DNA of 63,801 nucleotides, filler included, from Octopus bimaculoides (taxonomy: Eukaryota): NCBI RefSeq assembly GCF_001194135.2. It is 6 parts of 6 records of this genome, joined end to end, with 100 filler letters (N's around TTAATTAATTAA, not from the genome) between each part and the next. Parts side by side here need not be neighbours in the genome. Positions count along the whole stretch, not along the records: positions 1 to 5,102 come from NC_069007.1; positions 5,203 to 28,809 come from NC_068982.1; 4 more parts are not named here. One strand, written 5' to 3'. The position numbers were made by a program, and so were the translations under genes. Shown here piece after piece: positions 1 through 12,609 of the stretch. Positions within the stretch are counted from its first letter, which is position 1; the number at the start of each line of letters is the position of its first letter. The notes under the pieces are model-generated. The model worked only from the letters and a program-made list of their open reading frames with translations. It had not been told where the DNA came from and searched no databases.

Positions 1-40
<40 letters not shown>

Positions 41-1752
41 AATATATGAGTATATGCATATATATGTACATGTATGTGCATACCTTCATCTACATGTACA
101 CACAGATACATAACTGGGTACATGACGTGGCAAAAGAACATGGACAAAATGATAAACAAGGTACAACAAAGAAGCAGGCCAGAGAGAGAGAGAGAGAGAG
201 AGATTGACAGATAGATAGGTAGATAAATATACACATACATATGCTTGTGTGAGCGTCTCTGTTTTCGTGTGTTGTGCATCTTAATCAATGACTGTTATAT
301 ATGATTTGGGACAAATCCTGCTGTGTTTAGACAAGGGAAGTGACAACAGTAAAAGCTGAATTGTGATACGCGTATACACATGTATGTAGGTATGTGTGTA
401 TTTATTATGTGTTTACATTATGTCCAACAACAACGAAAAAAAATCCTGTAAGCACACCTGTCCTCTCTCCACCTCCACTGCCCCCCCCCAAACAAGCAAA
501 ATGAAAGCAATGCGTGTCATGTATTACTTATCTATATGTTTAAGTTGACTTGTTATTAAAGATTAAAGATTTTGCGCACCATTAATCACGACTTTATAGT
601 TGTCGACAATATATCTAGATACATATATAGACAGATAAACAGACAGACAGACAGATATATATATANNNNNNNNNNNNNNNNNNNNNNNNNNNNNNNNNNN
701 NNNNNNNNNNNNNNNNNNNNNNNNNNNNNNNNNNNNNNNNNNNNNNNNNNNNNNNNNNNNNNNNNNNNNNNNNNNNNNNNNNNNNNNNNNNNNNNNNNNN
801 NNNNNNNNNNNNNNNNNNNNNNNNNNNNNNNNNNNNNNNNNNNNNNNNNNNNNNNNNNNNNNNNNNNNNNNNNNNNNNNNNNNNNNNNNNNNNNNNNNNN
901 NNNNNNNNNNNNNNNNNNNNNNNNNNNNNNNNNNNNNNNNNNNNNNNNNNNNNNNNNNNNNNNNNNNNNNNNNNNNNNNNNNNNNNNNNNNNNNNNNNNN
1001 NNNNNNNNNNNNNNNNNNNNNNNNNNNNNNNNNNNNNNNNNNNNNNNNNNNNNNNNNNNNNNNNNNNNNNNNNNNNNNNNNNNNNNNNNNNNNNNNNNNN
1101 NNNNNNNNNNNNNNNNNNNNNNNNNNNNNNNNNNNNNNNNNNNNNNNNNNNNNNNNNNNNNNNNNNNNNNNNNNNNNNNNNNNNNNNNNNNNNNNNNNNN
1201 NNNNNNNNNNNNNNNNNNNNNNNNNNNNNNNNNNNNNNNNNNNNNNNNNNNNNNNNNNNNNNNNNNNNNNNNNNNNNNNNNNNNNNNNNNNNNNNNNNNN
1301 NNNNNNNNNNNNNNNNNNNNNNNNNNNNNNNNNNNNNNNNNNNNNNNNNNNNNNNNNNNNNNNNNNNNNNNNNNNNNNNNNNNNNNNNNNNNNNNNNNNN
1401 NNNNNNNNNNNNNNNNNNNNNNNNNNNNNNNNNNNNNNNNNNNNNNNNNNNNNNNNNNNNNNNNNNNNNNNNNNNNNNNNNNNNNNNNNNNNNNNNNNNN
1501 NNNNNNNNNNNNNNNNNNNNNNNNNNNNNNNNNNNNNNNNNNNNNNNNNNNNNNNNNNNNNNNNNNNNNNNNNNNNNNNNNNNNNNNNNNNNNNNNNNNN
1601 NNNNNNNNNNNNNNNNNNNNNNNNNNNNNNNNNNNNNNNNNNNNNNNNNNNNNNNNNNNNNNATATATACATACATATGCATATCTATATATATACACAT
1701 CTATGTATATAGATATACATGTACATATGTGTATATACATACATATGTATGC

Positions 1753-1792
<40 letters not shown>

Positions 1793-2017
1793 ATAGACGT
1801 ACATACTTATATACATACGTGGATACATAAATACATATTTGTGTATTTTACCTACTTTGTCGAACGAAACCCATCGTAAATGAAGCATATGCTGGAATAT
1901 TATTAACTCAGTTAACTGAATTAACCAGCCAGGCCCTGGCTCTATATCCGGCTTGGGTTTATTGAAAGGATATATTTTCGCTTCAAATTAACGACTGAAA
2001 CAAAAATAAAAACCGAA

Positions 2018-2048
<31 letters not shown>

Positions 2049-3200
2049 CACACATGTATTAACACGAATATATTAGGAAAACAAGAAGCTGAAAGGCTCA
2101 AAGACCTCATGTTGTGTTATAATTCATTCAGTCTTAAATCGGAATTTCTGACTTTCGTTCATGATGTTTTTTTGTCAACTTACGGGAAGTCAAATTATGA
2201 AATTATATATGTATGCATAAACATGTATGTGTGAATGTATAATATGCATATATGTATAATATGCATATATATATAATATGTATATATATATAATATGTAT
2301 ATATATATAATATGTATATATATATATAATATGCATATATATATAATATGCATATATATAAATACACACACACACATATGTACGTATATATAAGTGAACA
2401 TATATTCATGCATAAACTGTGTAGATAAGTTTTATACAATGCACAATATATATCTTGCTAAAAGCATGTATTTGTACATCTATACTATAAAGATATACTT
2501 TATATATATNNNNNNNNNNNNNNNNNNNNNNNNNNNNNNNNNNNNNNNNNNNNNNNNNNNNNNNNNNNNNNNNNNNNNNNNNNNNNNNNNNNNNNNNNNN
2601 NNNNNNNNNNNNNNNNNNNNNNNNNNNNNNNNNNNNNNNNNNNNNNNNNNNNNNNNNNNNNNNNNNNNNNNNNNNNNNNNNNNNNNNNNNNNNNNNNNNA
2701 TATATATATATATATATATATACACCTATTGGTTCCTGTGGCTTTATTGCCTTCTTTCAATCTGGTTAGATGCTACGGTTTCCCATTCTGAGACTCGAAA
2801 CATCTGGACGAGTAGTCAAAAGACAATAAACAGAAAGAAAATTTGCCAACGTGTGAAGACCATAAATGAAATCGGTTTACCTTTGAATGCAGAAGATCGC
2901 AATAATATAAATACCAATTTTGTAGGCATGAGTACCGACTGAATGTTTTAAACTTAAAACTCTAATTCACTTGATGGATAGTACAAAAATATACGGGTGG
3001 CAGGAGAAAAGTCAACATCAGAATTGGTGACGCTGAAGCAGCATTTCGGAGATTTTTGTCAATACTCGTTAACTGAATATCATCAGTTTAAAAGTATGTT
3101 ATATTAATTTGATTATATGTCGTAGCCCTAATTTAGTAAATTACTATTTTAAAATCTCACAACGTAAAATATTCAGCAACAGTACTTTGTAGTAAAGATT

Positions 3201-3445
3201 ATTTGCCAACATAACATGACAGTCCTGGTTTAGGATGAATGTTGCTGTAATTTAGCCCCAGGAGACATCATCTTCAGCTGGTTATACGACACGATCTGTG
3301 TCCTTATATTTTCGAACAAGGGAATGTAGCACCCCCACTCAGCTCCAAACAACATCTGTGTATCATGATTTCCGGGTTATTCTGTGCTGATGAAGGGAAA
3401 TAACCCGGAAATCGCGATACAGGGCTGCCATGTTATGTTGGCAAG
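3201..3445. mobile_element. Non-autonomous hammerhead-bearing element in inverted (head-to-head) arrangement, probably Penelope-related
   Basis: Outer inverted repeat TTGCCAACATAACATGACAGTCCTG (from about 3203) versus CAGGGCTGCCATGTTATGTTGGCAA (about 3420-3444). Inner 23-bp inverted repeat at 3359-3381/3399-3421. 3201-3381 is collinear and homologous with 30882-31066. Confidence 0.65.
3382..3424 (+). ncRNA. Minimal type I hammerhead ribozyme motif
   Basis: CTGTG-CTGATGA(3387-3393)-A-GGG-AAATAA-CCC-G-GAAA(3408-3411)-TCGCGA-T-A-CAGGG. Helix III is the perfect palindrome ATCGCGAT and the cleavage triplet is AUA. Helix I is imperfect in this copy. Confidence 0.6.
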
Positions 3446-3577
3446 CAATCTTTACCCTAATTTAGTGTTCAATATTCTTGGTACAATTTTCTTCTCTTCA
3501 TAATTTTATCTTTACCTCGTGCATAAGTTTTAGTTAAAACAAATATAAAATAGTGCGACTTATACACGAGTAAATTA

Positions 3578-3660
3578 GTGGCAGACAGAAACGTTAGCAC
3601 GCCGGGCGAAATGCTTAGCGGCGTTTCGTTTGTGTTTATGTTCTGTCTTATACATTCGCA
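3578..3660 (+). mobile_element. SINE family B, 5' fragment
   Basis: CAGAAACGTTAGCACGCCGGGCGAAATGCTTAGCGG matches the head of the copies at 46012 and 22297. Confidence 0.8.
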
Positions 3661-4212
3661 CACTGGCTCACAAAACAGAGAGACACGTACGCTCTAACAA
3701 TGCCCACCCAATACATAGACGTAAGCATAAAAGGACAGTGACATCTCGTACGACAAACCTCCAGGCATATAAACATACACACACATATAAACACATATAC
3801 ACATATGAGCATCATATAAACATACATACACACACATGCAGACACTCATAAACACGCCCCCACATAGGCGCACTCTCATGCGACTCCAGATTACATAATA
3901 TTTTAATAATCATCACAAACACACGGCTTGTTCCGTTGTATCTATTTGATATTTATATACAAAGTTGGGTATATAAACAGATATTTATATACAAGACGTG
4001 TCTATTATTCACTAAACCTTCTGCCAAGTCAAATTATATTTTAGAAAAAATTCAAAACATCCGTGAATTCTATAGTCACGTAATGTCTGTGATTACGCAA
4101 GTTCTACCATTCCGTAAATTCTGTGGTCAAACGAAAATTCACGGAAATGATCGAAGTTATTTGAAACTCATTTTCAGTATTTCGTCGATCAAATGTTTAA
4201 GTATTTCATCGA

Positions 4213-4348
4213 TAGGCGCTGGCGTGGCTGTGTGGTAATTAGCTTGCTTACCAACCACATGGTTCTGTGTTCAGTCCTCACAGAGTAGCATATTGGACAA
4301 GTGTCTTCTACAATAACCCCAGGCTACCCTTCGTCGATGGAAACTGAA
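4213..4348 (+). mobile_element. SINE family A (tRNA-derived, CORE-like segment), 5' fragment
   Basis: TAGGCGC..GGCTGTGTGGTAA..GCTTGCTTACCAACCACATGGTTC..GTTCAGTCC..CAAGTGTCTTCTAC matches 27021 and other copies. Confidence 0.75.
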
Positions 4349-4828
4349 TTAATTTGATCATATATATATATAAATTTATAGTTAATCAAATTAAAACATA
4401 GGGTAAAAATCAGATATTAATTAATATCGATTTATTACCAGGAAGCCAGCACATTGAAAGAATCGCTGAATTTCTTTTGAGAACTATTAGGTCTTAGCAG
4501 ACACATTACATGTGATCTTCTTCTAGCACATTAACTGTCCACTTAGTGGTCATCGTTATATACACATATATAAATCTATATATATATTATAATGTTAGGG
4601 AATTACAAAATCCGAACTAACAAGGAAATACAATTTGATAATATCAAATTGAGTTGTATAAGGAAAAATATTTTAATAAGAAATATTTTAATGTATTTAC
4701 ACACATATAATACGCATTTATGTATGTGTATATGTAACTATATATGTGTATGCGTGTGAGCGTACGTATATATGAATAAGCACATCGATAAAACACACAC
4801 GCGTATGTGTGCATATATGTTTGTGTGC

Positions 4829-4866
<38 letters not shown>

Positions 4867-4982
4867 ACATACAAGTATGTATATATGTGTGTGTGTGTAC
4901 ATACATGTATGTATATATATGTATGTGCATATATATAAGTGAGTGTGTGAACATACTTGTATGTATATATGTGTGTGTGTAA

Positions 4983-5021
<39 letters not shown>

Positions 5022-5052
5022 AATAAATCTGCATTTACAGACATACACACCC

Positions 5053-5102
<50 letters not shown>

Positions 5103-5146
5103 NNNNNNNNNNNNNNNNNNNNNNNNNNNNNNNNNNNNNNNNNNNN

Positions 5147-5158
5147 TTAATTAATTAA
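5147..5158. other. Assembly scaffold pad TTAATTAATTAA (artefact); also at 28854-28865, 38301-38312, 53230-53241 and 60756-60767
   Basis: The identical 12-mer is embedded between two N runs five times and gives stop codons in all frames. Confidence 0.95.
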
Positions 5159-5202
5159 NNNNNNNNNNNNNNNNNNNNNNNNNNNNNNNNNNNNNNNNNN
5201 NN

Positions 5203-5560
5203 CAACATCACTGGAGTTCTGTATTTTCTGCGAGACTTTTGTATCGTCTGCGTAGCTTGCAAGAGTGGCTATCCGGGCACTTGAAGGCATATCTGAGAGA
5301 GCGACTATACAAAGCAATGGTCCCAAGATAGTGCCTTGTGGAACACCGCTCATTATTTGTGTTTTCATAGAGGTGGCTCCATTAGCCACTACTGCCTGAC
5401 TTCTATCTTTCAGAAAGTCATGTAACCACTCTCCAAGTTTTCCAGCTATGCCAAGATCACGCAGTTTGTGGCATATCACACCATGATCCACTTTGTCAAA
5501 AGCTTTTGCAAAATCAAGGTATATTACGTCCACATTTGAGTTGTTGAGTAACTGCCTCAA
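5203..5560 (-). pseudogene. Non-LTR retrotransposon reverse transcriptase fragment (CR1/Jockey-group-like)
   Basis: Translation VDVIYLDFAKAFDKVDHG...SGVPQGTILGPLL...YADDTK contains the canonical LINE RT motifs. The fragment is truncated by a microsatellite and a gap. Confidence 0.9.
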
Positions 5561-5734
5561 CTTATATATATATATGTATGTATGTATGTATTTATGTATG
5601 TATGTGTATATATTTCTGTTTGTGTGCATGTGTGTATACGCACATACATATATACATATACTTATAGAGAGAGAGAGGGGGAGAGACAGATAGGGAAAGA
5701 GGGAAGGAGAGAGAGAATATAGAAGTATGTAGTA

Positions 5735-6050
5735 TACTGACTTTTTCTGTTCACCCTGGAAGCGAGAGGCGGGAGGTTAGGTGCTAGAAATACCGCTGAA
5801 AAGCGAGAGCCGGCAGGCAGCGAGGTCGCTAGAGTAGAAATGTTGACAGACAGGCGACCTGTTGTTAAGTTAGGTATTTCTGAAATCTCTGCGAATCTAT
5901 TGGACAATCGGCGAACGATCTGCTTTATGTAAACAGAATCGCAGAGGTGGGGTATGAACGCGTAAATAAAGCTGCTAGAAGTGCAGCTGAAAGAGTCCCT
6001 AACATGGAAGGTGTGATAGTCGGGTGCAGTGTTGGGAAAGAAATAGCCGA
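5735..6050 (-). pseudogene. Penelope-like element GIY-YIG endonuclease fragment (frameshifted)
   Basis: 5991-5887 translates to FSCTSSSFIYAFIPHLCDSVYIKQIVRRLSNRFAE, resembling the PLE pattern FTCTSxNVIYxIxCxxCxxxYIGETGRRLxDRFxEH. After a frameshift, 5869-5828 gives LNNRSPVCQHFYSS (PVxxHF motif). Confidence 0.75.
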
Positions 6051-7363
6051 CTCATATAGTTAAAAACGATGTAATTAGAGGATATGATATAAATTTAAAG
6101 GAACGTACATGGAAGTGAGTACATTGGGATATAGCCAAAATATTAACGTGAATTTAATAGAAGGGATTTATACACCTTAAGATGTAAAGACTTTATTAAG
6201 TAAATCTGTTCGATTTAAAAAAATTTACATGATCTGAATTCAAACCGGGGAAAACCGGCTTGGTTTTTATCTTTTAAATTATTGTTTTTTTTATTTAATT
6301 TAGTACGACAGGAATGGTTATAATTAATTGTGGATATTTAATTTATATAAATTTATGAGATAAAATTGGGTTCAAAATTTGAATACGATACATAAAATAA
6401 CTTGCTGAAGTGCACGAACGAAAGTATGAGATCTAAAATGGCATTATCTTTTGCAGGATCGTGATGTATAGATATGTATGTATCTAAACTATATGATATT
6501 ATTTAGAATAATTTAGTATATTTTAAAACAATGGCAATACTTAATAAAACTTACCTATCTCAAAATGAAAATATATTTTATCCGTTTTGTGACCTATCAG
6601 TGAAATATATGTGTAAACTACAAACTGTAATATAATATATGATAAAGCAATGGTATTATGTGATAAAAAAAATTCTTGCGTATATCAAAAATAATACTTT
6701 TTGAAAGGATAGTACATATCTATAGTGCCTATTTGTATAAACTACATGCCATTACCTCGAGCAATTTGGTAAATGTAGAAACAATGGTATTTATCTAACC
6801 AAACATCATTAAAAACATGATATGAAATAAAAGGAAGTGCGTAAAATTGTATACAATGGAAAATAAGTCGATAAATATATCAGAGATATAAAAGGAGTAA
6901 AGAGGAATATAAAAGGAAAATTAAAAGATTAAGAAGTTACGTAAGAAGTGTGATCTAGAGATATTATTGAGTTGGGATATATTTAATAGGTTCAAATAGT
7001 GAAAGTTAAATAACAAGAAGTGAAAGAAAGTTAATTACGATAGCACAAAATTTTAAGAAATTTAATAGAATTAATGGTTTATTATGGAAGTTGAAGAGTA
7101 TGAATTCAATAATTAAATAAATATTAAAGATTGATTGTTAGAAACAATTAAATAACTTATTAAAATGTGATATTCTGCTAGAATCGAAGTTCTGTGTATA
7201 TTAATTGCCACTGGGAAATACTTCTAATTTATTATTAAAGTAGCAAACCTGTAACGAGGATGAAACTAATAGGATGCAATTGATGTTCGTAGAAATGTAC
7301 TAATATATTAATGCTTCGGTATATGTGTACCAAAAATAATTTTTGATTTGGAAGTTATTTATA

Positions 7364-7446
<83 letters not shown>

Positions 7447-7539
7447 CCTCACACACATATTCACACACATACACACTCACACATGCGCACACATATAAAT
7501 ACATATATGTGTATGTACGTATATGACAGCTAAATCCGG

Positions 7540-7650
7540 TTCGAAATTCCGATACAACAACCGAGTTCAACACAAGGCACCTGATGAAGGCTGGAGCATA
7601 CAACAGCTGAAATGCAGTGAAAGTAATAATCAAGATTAGGAGACCAGTCC
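7540..7650 (+). mobile_element. Decayed relative of the HHR-bearing tail of the 58471-58760 element
   Basis: CCGGTTCGAAATT...CAAGGCAC-CTGATGA(7581-7587)-A-GGCTG-gagcatacaa-CAGCT-GAAA-TGCA-GTG...CAAGATTAGGA aligns with 58602-58690. U16.1 has been lost. Confidence 0.7.
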
Positions 7651-8787
7651 AACTAATATAAACAGTATTCATAATATTATTCTTCATCTCACCAATATAG
7701 ACTTGTACACTTATAATATATAATACATGAAGCTATACATTCACGCCATTGAAACAAATAAATAGATAAAAATTTGTTGCTTGTCCATTTCAATAGTTAT
7801 TATTACTTCTATTATGTGGTTATTAATTTCATCTTTTTAGTAATTTGTGGTATTTCCCTCTTGTAACAAGTGTTACATGTCTATACAATATATGTTTCAA
7901 TTTTAATAAATTTAAATTATAAAATCATTATAAGAATTATGTAAATATCTTTGTAAATAATTTCATGATATTGATATTCTGAATTTGCATGATTGTATAA
8001 TCAAAATTAAAATGTTTTTGCATAAAATAATTCTTTAAATATTTCTCTGAAATAACTAGATATTAAGTTTGAATACCACATCGTAACTAAGAAAAAAATT
8101 AGAATAATTTTGGAAATTAGAGTTTCCCTGTTATAATTTCATAAATCATTATTGAACGAAAGAATGTTATTTAAAATGTATATCAAACTTTCTCTGATAT
8201 ATACACAATCTTCGACCGACTCCCACTCAATATATTGGCATACATCATATCTTGTCTCATTACCCAAATATGAGCATCTCAATCCACCCACTGCAACATT
8301 TCCGACTTCAAATACTCCTAAATTCTTTATAAAGATATATATATACATTTCTTCTTAACAAACTGAAAAGCCTTACATGTTGACTCTTTGCCGGACTACA
8401 ACATTTTAATACACGCACAGACTCGCACACACTCACACATAGATATATTATTTATTTAATATCATCTGGTTAATAAGCTCATATCGTGCATTTCAAAGTT
8501 GTTATACGGTCATCCATATGCCATCATACTGTAGGACTACTCTTTTTACTGGATATACACGTGGAACTCCGTTTTTGTATACAGAACCTATATAAAATAT
8601 ATAAAACAAGAAGATGGAATGAACAGGCTTTAATCATAAACACAACAATTGTTTCTGTGCAATGGTAACACTTGTTTGTTGCTGAATTTTTTTTCTCCAT
8701 ATTTTAGTATTAATTAAAATGTTATATAAATAATTACACAAATAAATATGATCCAGCTGCAGCAAATTTTGGTTGGTAGGGATATAG

Positions 8788-8825
<38 letters not shown>

Positions 8826-10079
8826 CTGCGTTTCAGCTGTTCTGTGCGTGCGTGTGTGTTTGTATGTGTATGCGCGGGCGCGTGTGTAGGTATATCTACA
8901 TTGGATAATATAAAGAAGCTTAAATATATCCTGATGCAAATATGCTGATATTCATACTCAAAACTACTTTTTTGTCATTGAAACCCACTCCTCTGTATTT
9001 TCACATACTTTCTCTGTTTCGTTCGTAATATCGTTTCACTGTTTCTCACTTTGTTCCCCACCTGCACATCTTTAGTTTGCTAAATGTAAATACTGAAGGT
9101 TTTTCTTTCGTTGGTTAATAATCTCCCTTTTCAACTGGCAATCTTTTGTCAGAAAATCTCGTAAACTGCGTTAATTCCTACAGAAGTACATCATTCCTAT
9201 TTCGTTTTTGTGTTCCCTTTATGTCTTCTTTGTTTCCTTTCTTTTTCTTAAGCAGAAGGTCTAGTGTCGACTCCCCTTCCTTTTCACCTAGAAATACAAA
9301 ATAATACTCAGGCATTCACACAAACTATACACACTCGCATATGCTGTCTCTATTTTTCGCACACATAAATATATATAAATATTTGGATACAAAAAGACCT
9401 TTTATACATAAAGAAAATATCTACATAGATATACAAGAACAATGAACACACACACACACAGATACACACACACATACACACGCACGCACGGACGCACACA
9501 CACACACACACACACACAAAGACTCTTACTCGTGGGTACCCAGACAAAAGAACAAAAAGACTCTAATGTCCCAACAAAAATATAAATATATAATTGTATA
9601 CAAATACCCTAGCTTACGTTAACATCAAAACAATATACACTAGATTCCTTCATGCATACATAAACATAAACTAAAAAATTAGTACATAAATTTGTATATT
9701 TATATATAAACATGTGTGTATGTGCCTATGTTTACATCATTGTGTATGTGTATGTGCGCGTATGCTGCTACTGTGTTTGTTGGTACACACAATGGATTCA
9801 TATATTAAATAAAGTACTCAATACTTTATTGTTTAATCCTTTCAATCGTCTCAGTTATTGGACTGCGTCCATGCGTGGCTACAAGCTGTAGCATTATCAT
9901 AAATATTCCAAGCCCAGCTTAAGACATCTAGACTTTCAGTTTCTCATAGTCTATCTTCCAGAATGTTTCTCCTTCGGAACTCTTCCTTGCGCATATTTGT
10001 CCGAAGCTATCAAATCGTAACAAGTTATACACTTTTCCTACAAGGAACATCAAATGCTGAAATTATCATATGATAACGT

Positions 10080-10080
10080 A

Positions 10081-10143
<63 letters not shown>

Positions 10144-10160
10144 CATCTATCTATCTATCC

Positions 10161-10231
<71 letters not shown>

Positions 10232-10232
10232 C
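10080..10232. repeat. (TCTA)n microsatellite
   Basis: Direct reading. Confidence 0.95.
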
Positions 10233-10983
10233 CTCTCTCTCTCTCTTTCTCACTCTCTATCGCTTTCTTTCTCTCCCACTCTCTTTTTCTCTTTCCCTCT
10301 CTTTCTCTCTCTGTATATATGGCAAGAAGAAAATGGAGGGAATCCAGAGGTAGTATTCATCAGTTGTTACACATTATATTATCATAATACAATGTCTAAC
10401 AACTATCCATTTTATTCTTGCCATATAAATTAAGGGTAATAACGACTTGTTACCCTCACCCATTTATTACACTCAGTAGTGTAATTGCCACGCAATTGCC
10501 AACCCTTGTGTATTAATTGGATATTTTACCAGCAGTATATTGGATAGATACTATCCCTTGGTTGGATTCACAACGTCTAACTCTCTTTGAATCATATATA
10601 TATAGTGTGATCCCTGTTGGCATATCACGATTATGTCCTTTGTAACTGCTTGATCTATGTTCACTTGCTTAGTCATTCAAAGCTTTGTGGTATCACTTTA
10701 GCGAAGTGGTTTATAGCAGGTGTGGCATTCGAATTTTGCAAGCGATGCTACATTTCCCCATCTATTTGATGTTATACATACAACCATACACACATAAATG
10801 CACATGCGCGCGCATGCATATTCACATACACATACATGTATATAGACTCCAGGATGTTGTCAAGAATTTCTCTTCGCAAATGCGTGGTTTTTAAGGTTAA
10901 GTCTCACTACACGGCACCTTGACCCAGGACCAATAAATACCTCGTGAATGAATTTGTTAAACGGAAACTGTGCGGAACCTATA

Positions 10984-11014
<31 letters not shown>

Positions 11015-12609
11015 NNNNNNNNNNNNNNNNNNNNNNNNNNNNNNNNNNNNNNNNNNNNNNNNNNNNNNNNNNNNNNNNNNNNNNNNNNNNNNNNNNNNNN
11101 NNNNNNNNNNNNNNNNNNNNNNNNNNNNNNNNNNNNNNNNNNNNNNNNNNNNNNNNNNNNNNNNNNNNNNNNNNNNNNNNNNNNNNNNNNNNNNNNNNNN
11201 NNNNNNNNNNNNNNNNNNNNNNNNNNNNNNNNNNNNNNNNNNNNNNNNNNNNNNNNNNNNNNNNNNNNNNNNNNNNNNNNNNNNNNNNNNNNNNNNNNNN
11301 NNNNNNNNNNNNNNNAAACGTTCTAAATTTCGCTTTTCGCTCTTCCGTTTTCTTTTTACATACTCTTTATATTTCTACCAGTTACTCTATCGATCTTTCT
11401 ATCTTCCTTTTCTTTAAAGTTTATGTAATACTTTTGTCATATTTCTTTCATGCATTCTTGGTCGTTTCCTTTATTTTTCTCCTCTTTCTTTTATTCTTTT
11501 TACTTTTTGATATTCCTCCCTGTTTCATATTCTTTCTTTGTCGCTTTCTTTGTTTCTACTAGACATGTTCTTCTCTTGATTTGTAAATTCTTTTAGCAGA
11601 TAATTTTAGAAATATAACTGCCTTAATCGCTTTTTACTTTTTCTCTGCAACATTTCTTGAAGTAGTTTGATTTTCTTCTTTAATTGACATAGTTTTCTAT
11701 TTTTAAACATTCCCTACAATTTTGTATTATTTTCAGATTTATTGTTCTTCATGTATTGAAAAGACATTAACACTAAAGTAACCATTCCTTACTACCTGCA
11801 CAAGAATGATTCATCGTAAATATTTCATAATAAATAATAATCCTGTTTTCTTTAGATTTTTTTGGTTATATAATATATTTATCTCATTGAAGGTATCGCC
11901 GGACGAAAGCTGTCAGAAGTACCAGAACACTTTTTACAAAGATCTCTGTCTCTTCCTCTCTCTCTCCCTCCCTCTCTCACTCCCTATCTCTCACTCTCTC
12001 CCTCTCCCCTCCCCCAAGAACTGAACTGCATTGTACGAGAATTGCCCAACAATTAACTGTGAAGTTTCCGAGTATTGGACTTTCATTTATCCCTTTTCCA
12101 ATATGTATTTTCTTCTAGCACACGACTTACTAATACAAGATTTTACTAAATTATTCTGCGATATATTTTATTTCTCTTCTTTTTAAAAGTTGCTATTATA
12201 TGGACTGATGGCAGTTATATCCCCTAAATACTCGCATTTTCTACGATGTCATGGTTAACAGTATGTTATTTGAATGATCAACTTCTACTCAATTATTGTC
12301 AAACGGCGTAGTTGATTTAATTCTCTTGCTTTACTTAACCAACGATTTGCTTAAAATCGTTTACAAATGCCAACATTTGAGATACGCTTGAAAAGAAGAG
12401 GTTCAAAAATATATTGGTTGTTATATTTCTCTCATGACTGCAGTAGACTGACAACTGATTGTCGCTTACATACGAAAGTGTTTTCCACCTTGACACATTT
12501 AACAATCTCAGTTAAAATCATAGAAGCTCTCAAAACAAAAGAGAAGAGTAGAAAGTTTTAAAGAGCCTCATCGAAAATGTTCCTATCGTAAGATGTTTTT
12601 CGTACAAGT

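Noticed and set aside
563-1879. Long ORFs spanning N runs (and all similar X-filled ORFs throughout the window)
   Set aside because: They are open only because Ns and (TA)n/(CA)n repeats contain no stop codons.
1904-1925. Near-perfect 22-bp AT-rich palindrome around TTAA
   Set aside because: Short and AT-rich, so plausible by chance.
11885-11920. CGAAAGCTGTC, resembling an HHR 3' half
   Set aside because: No CUGANGA upstream.
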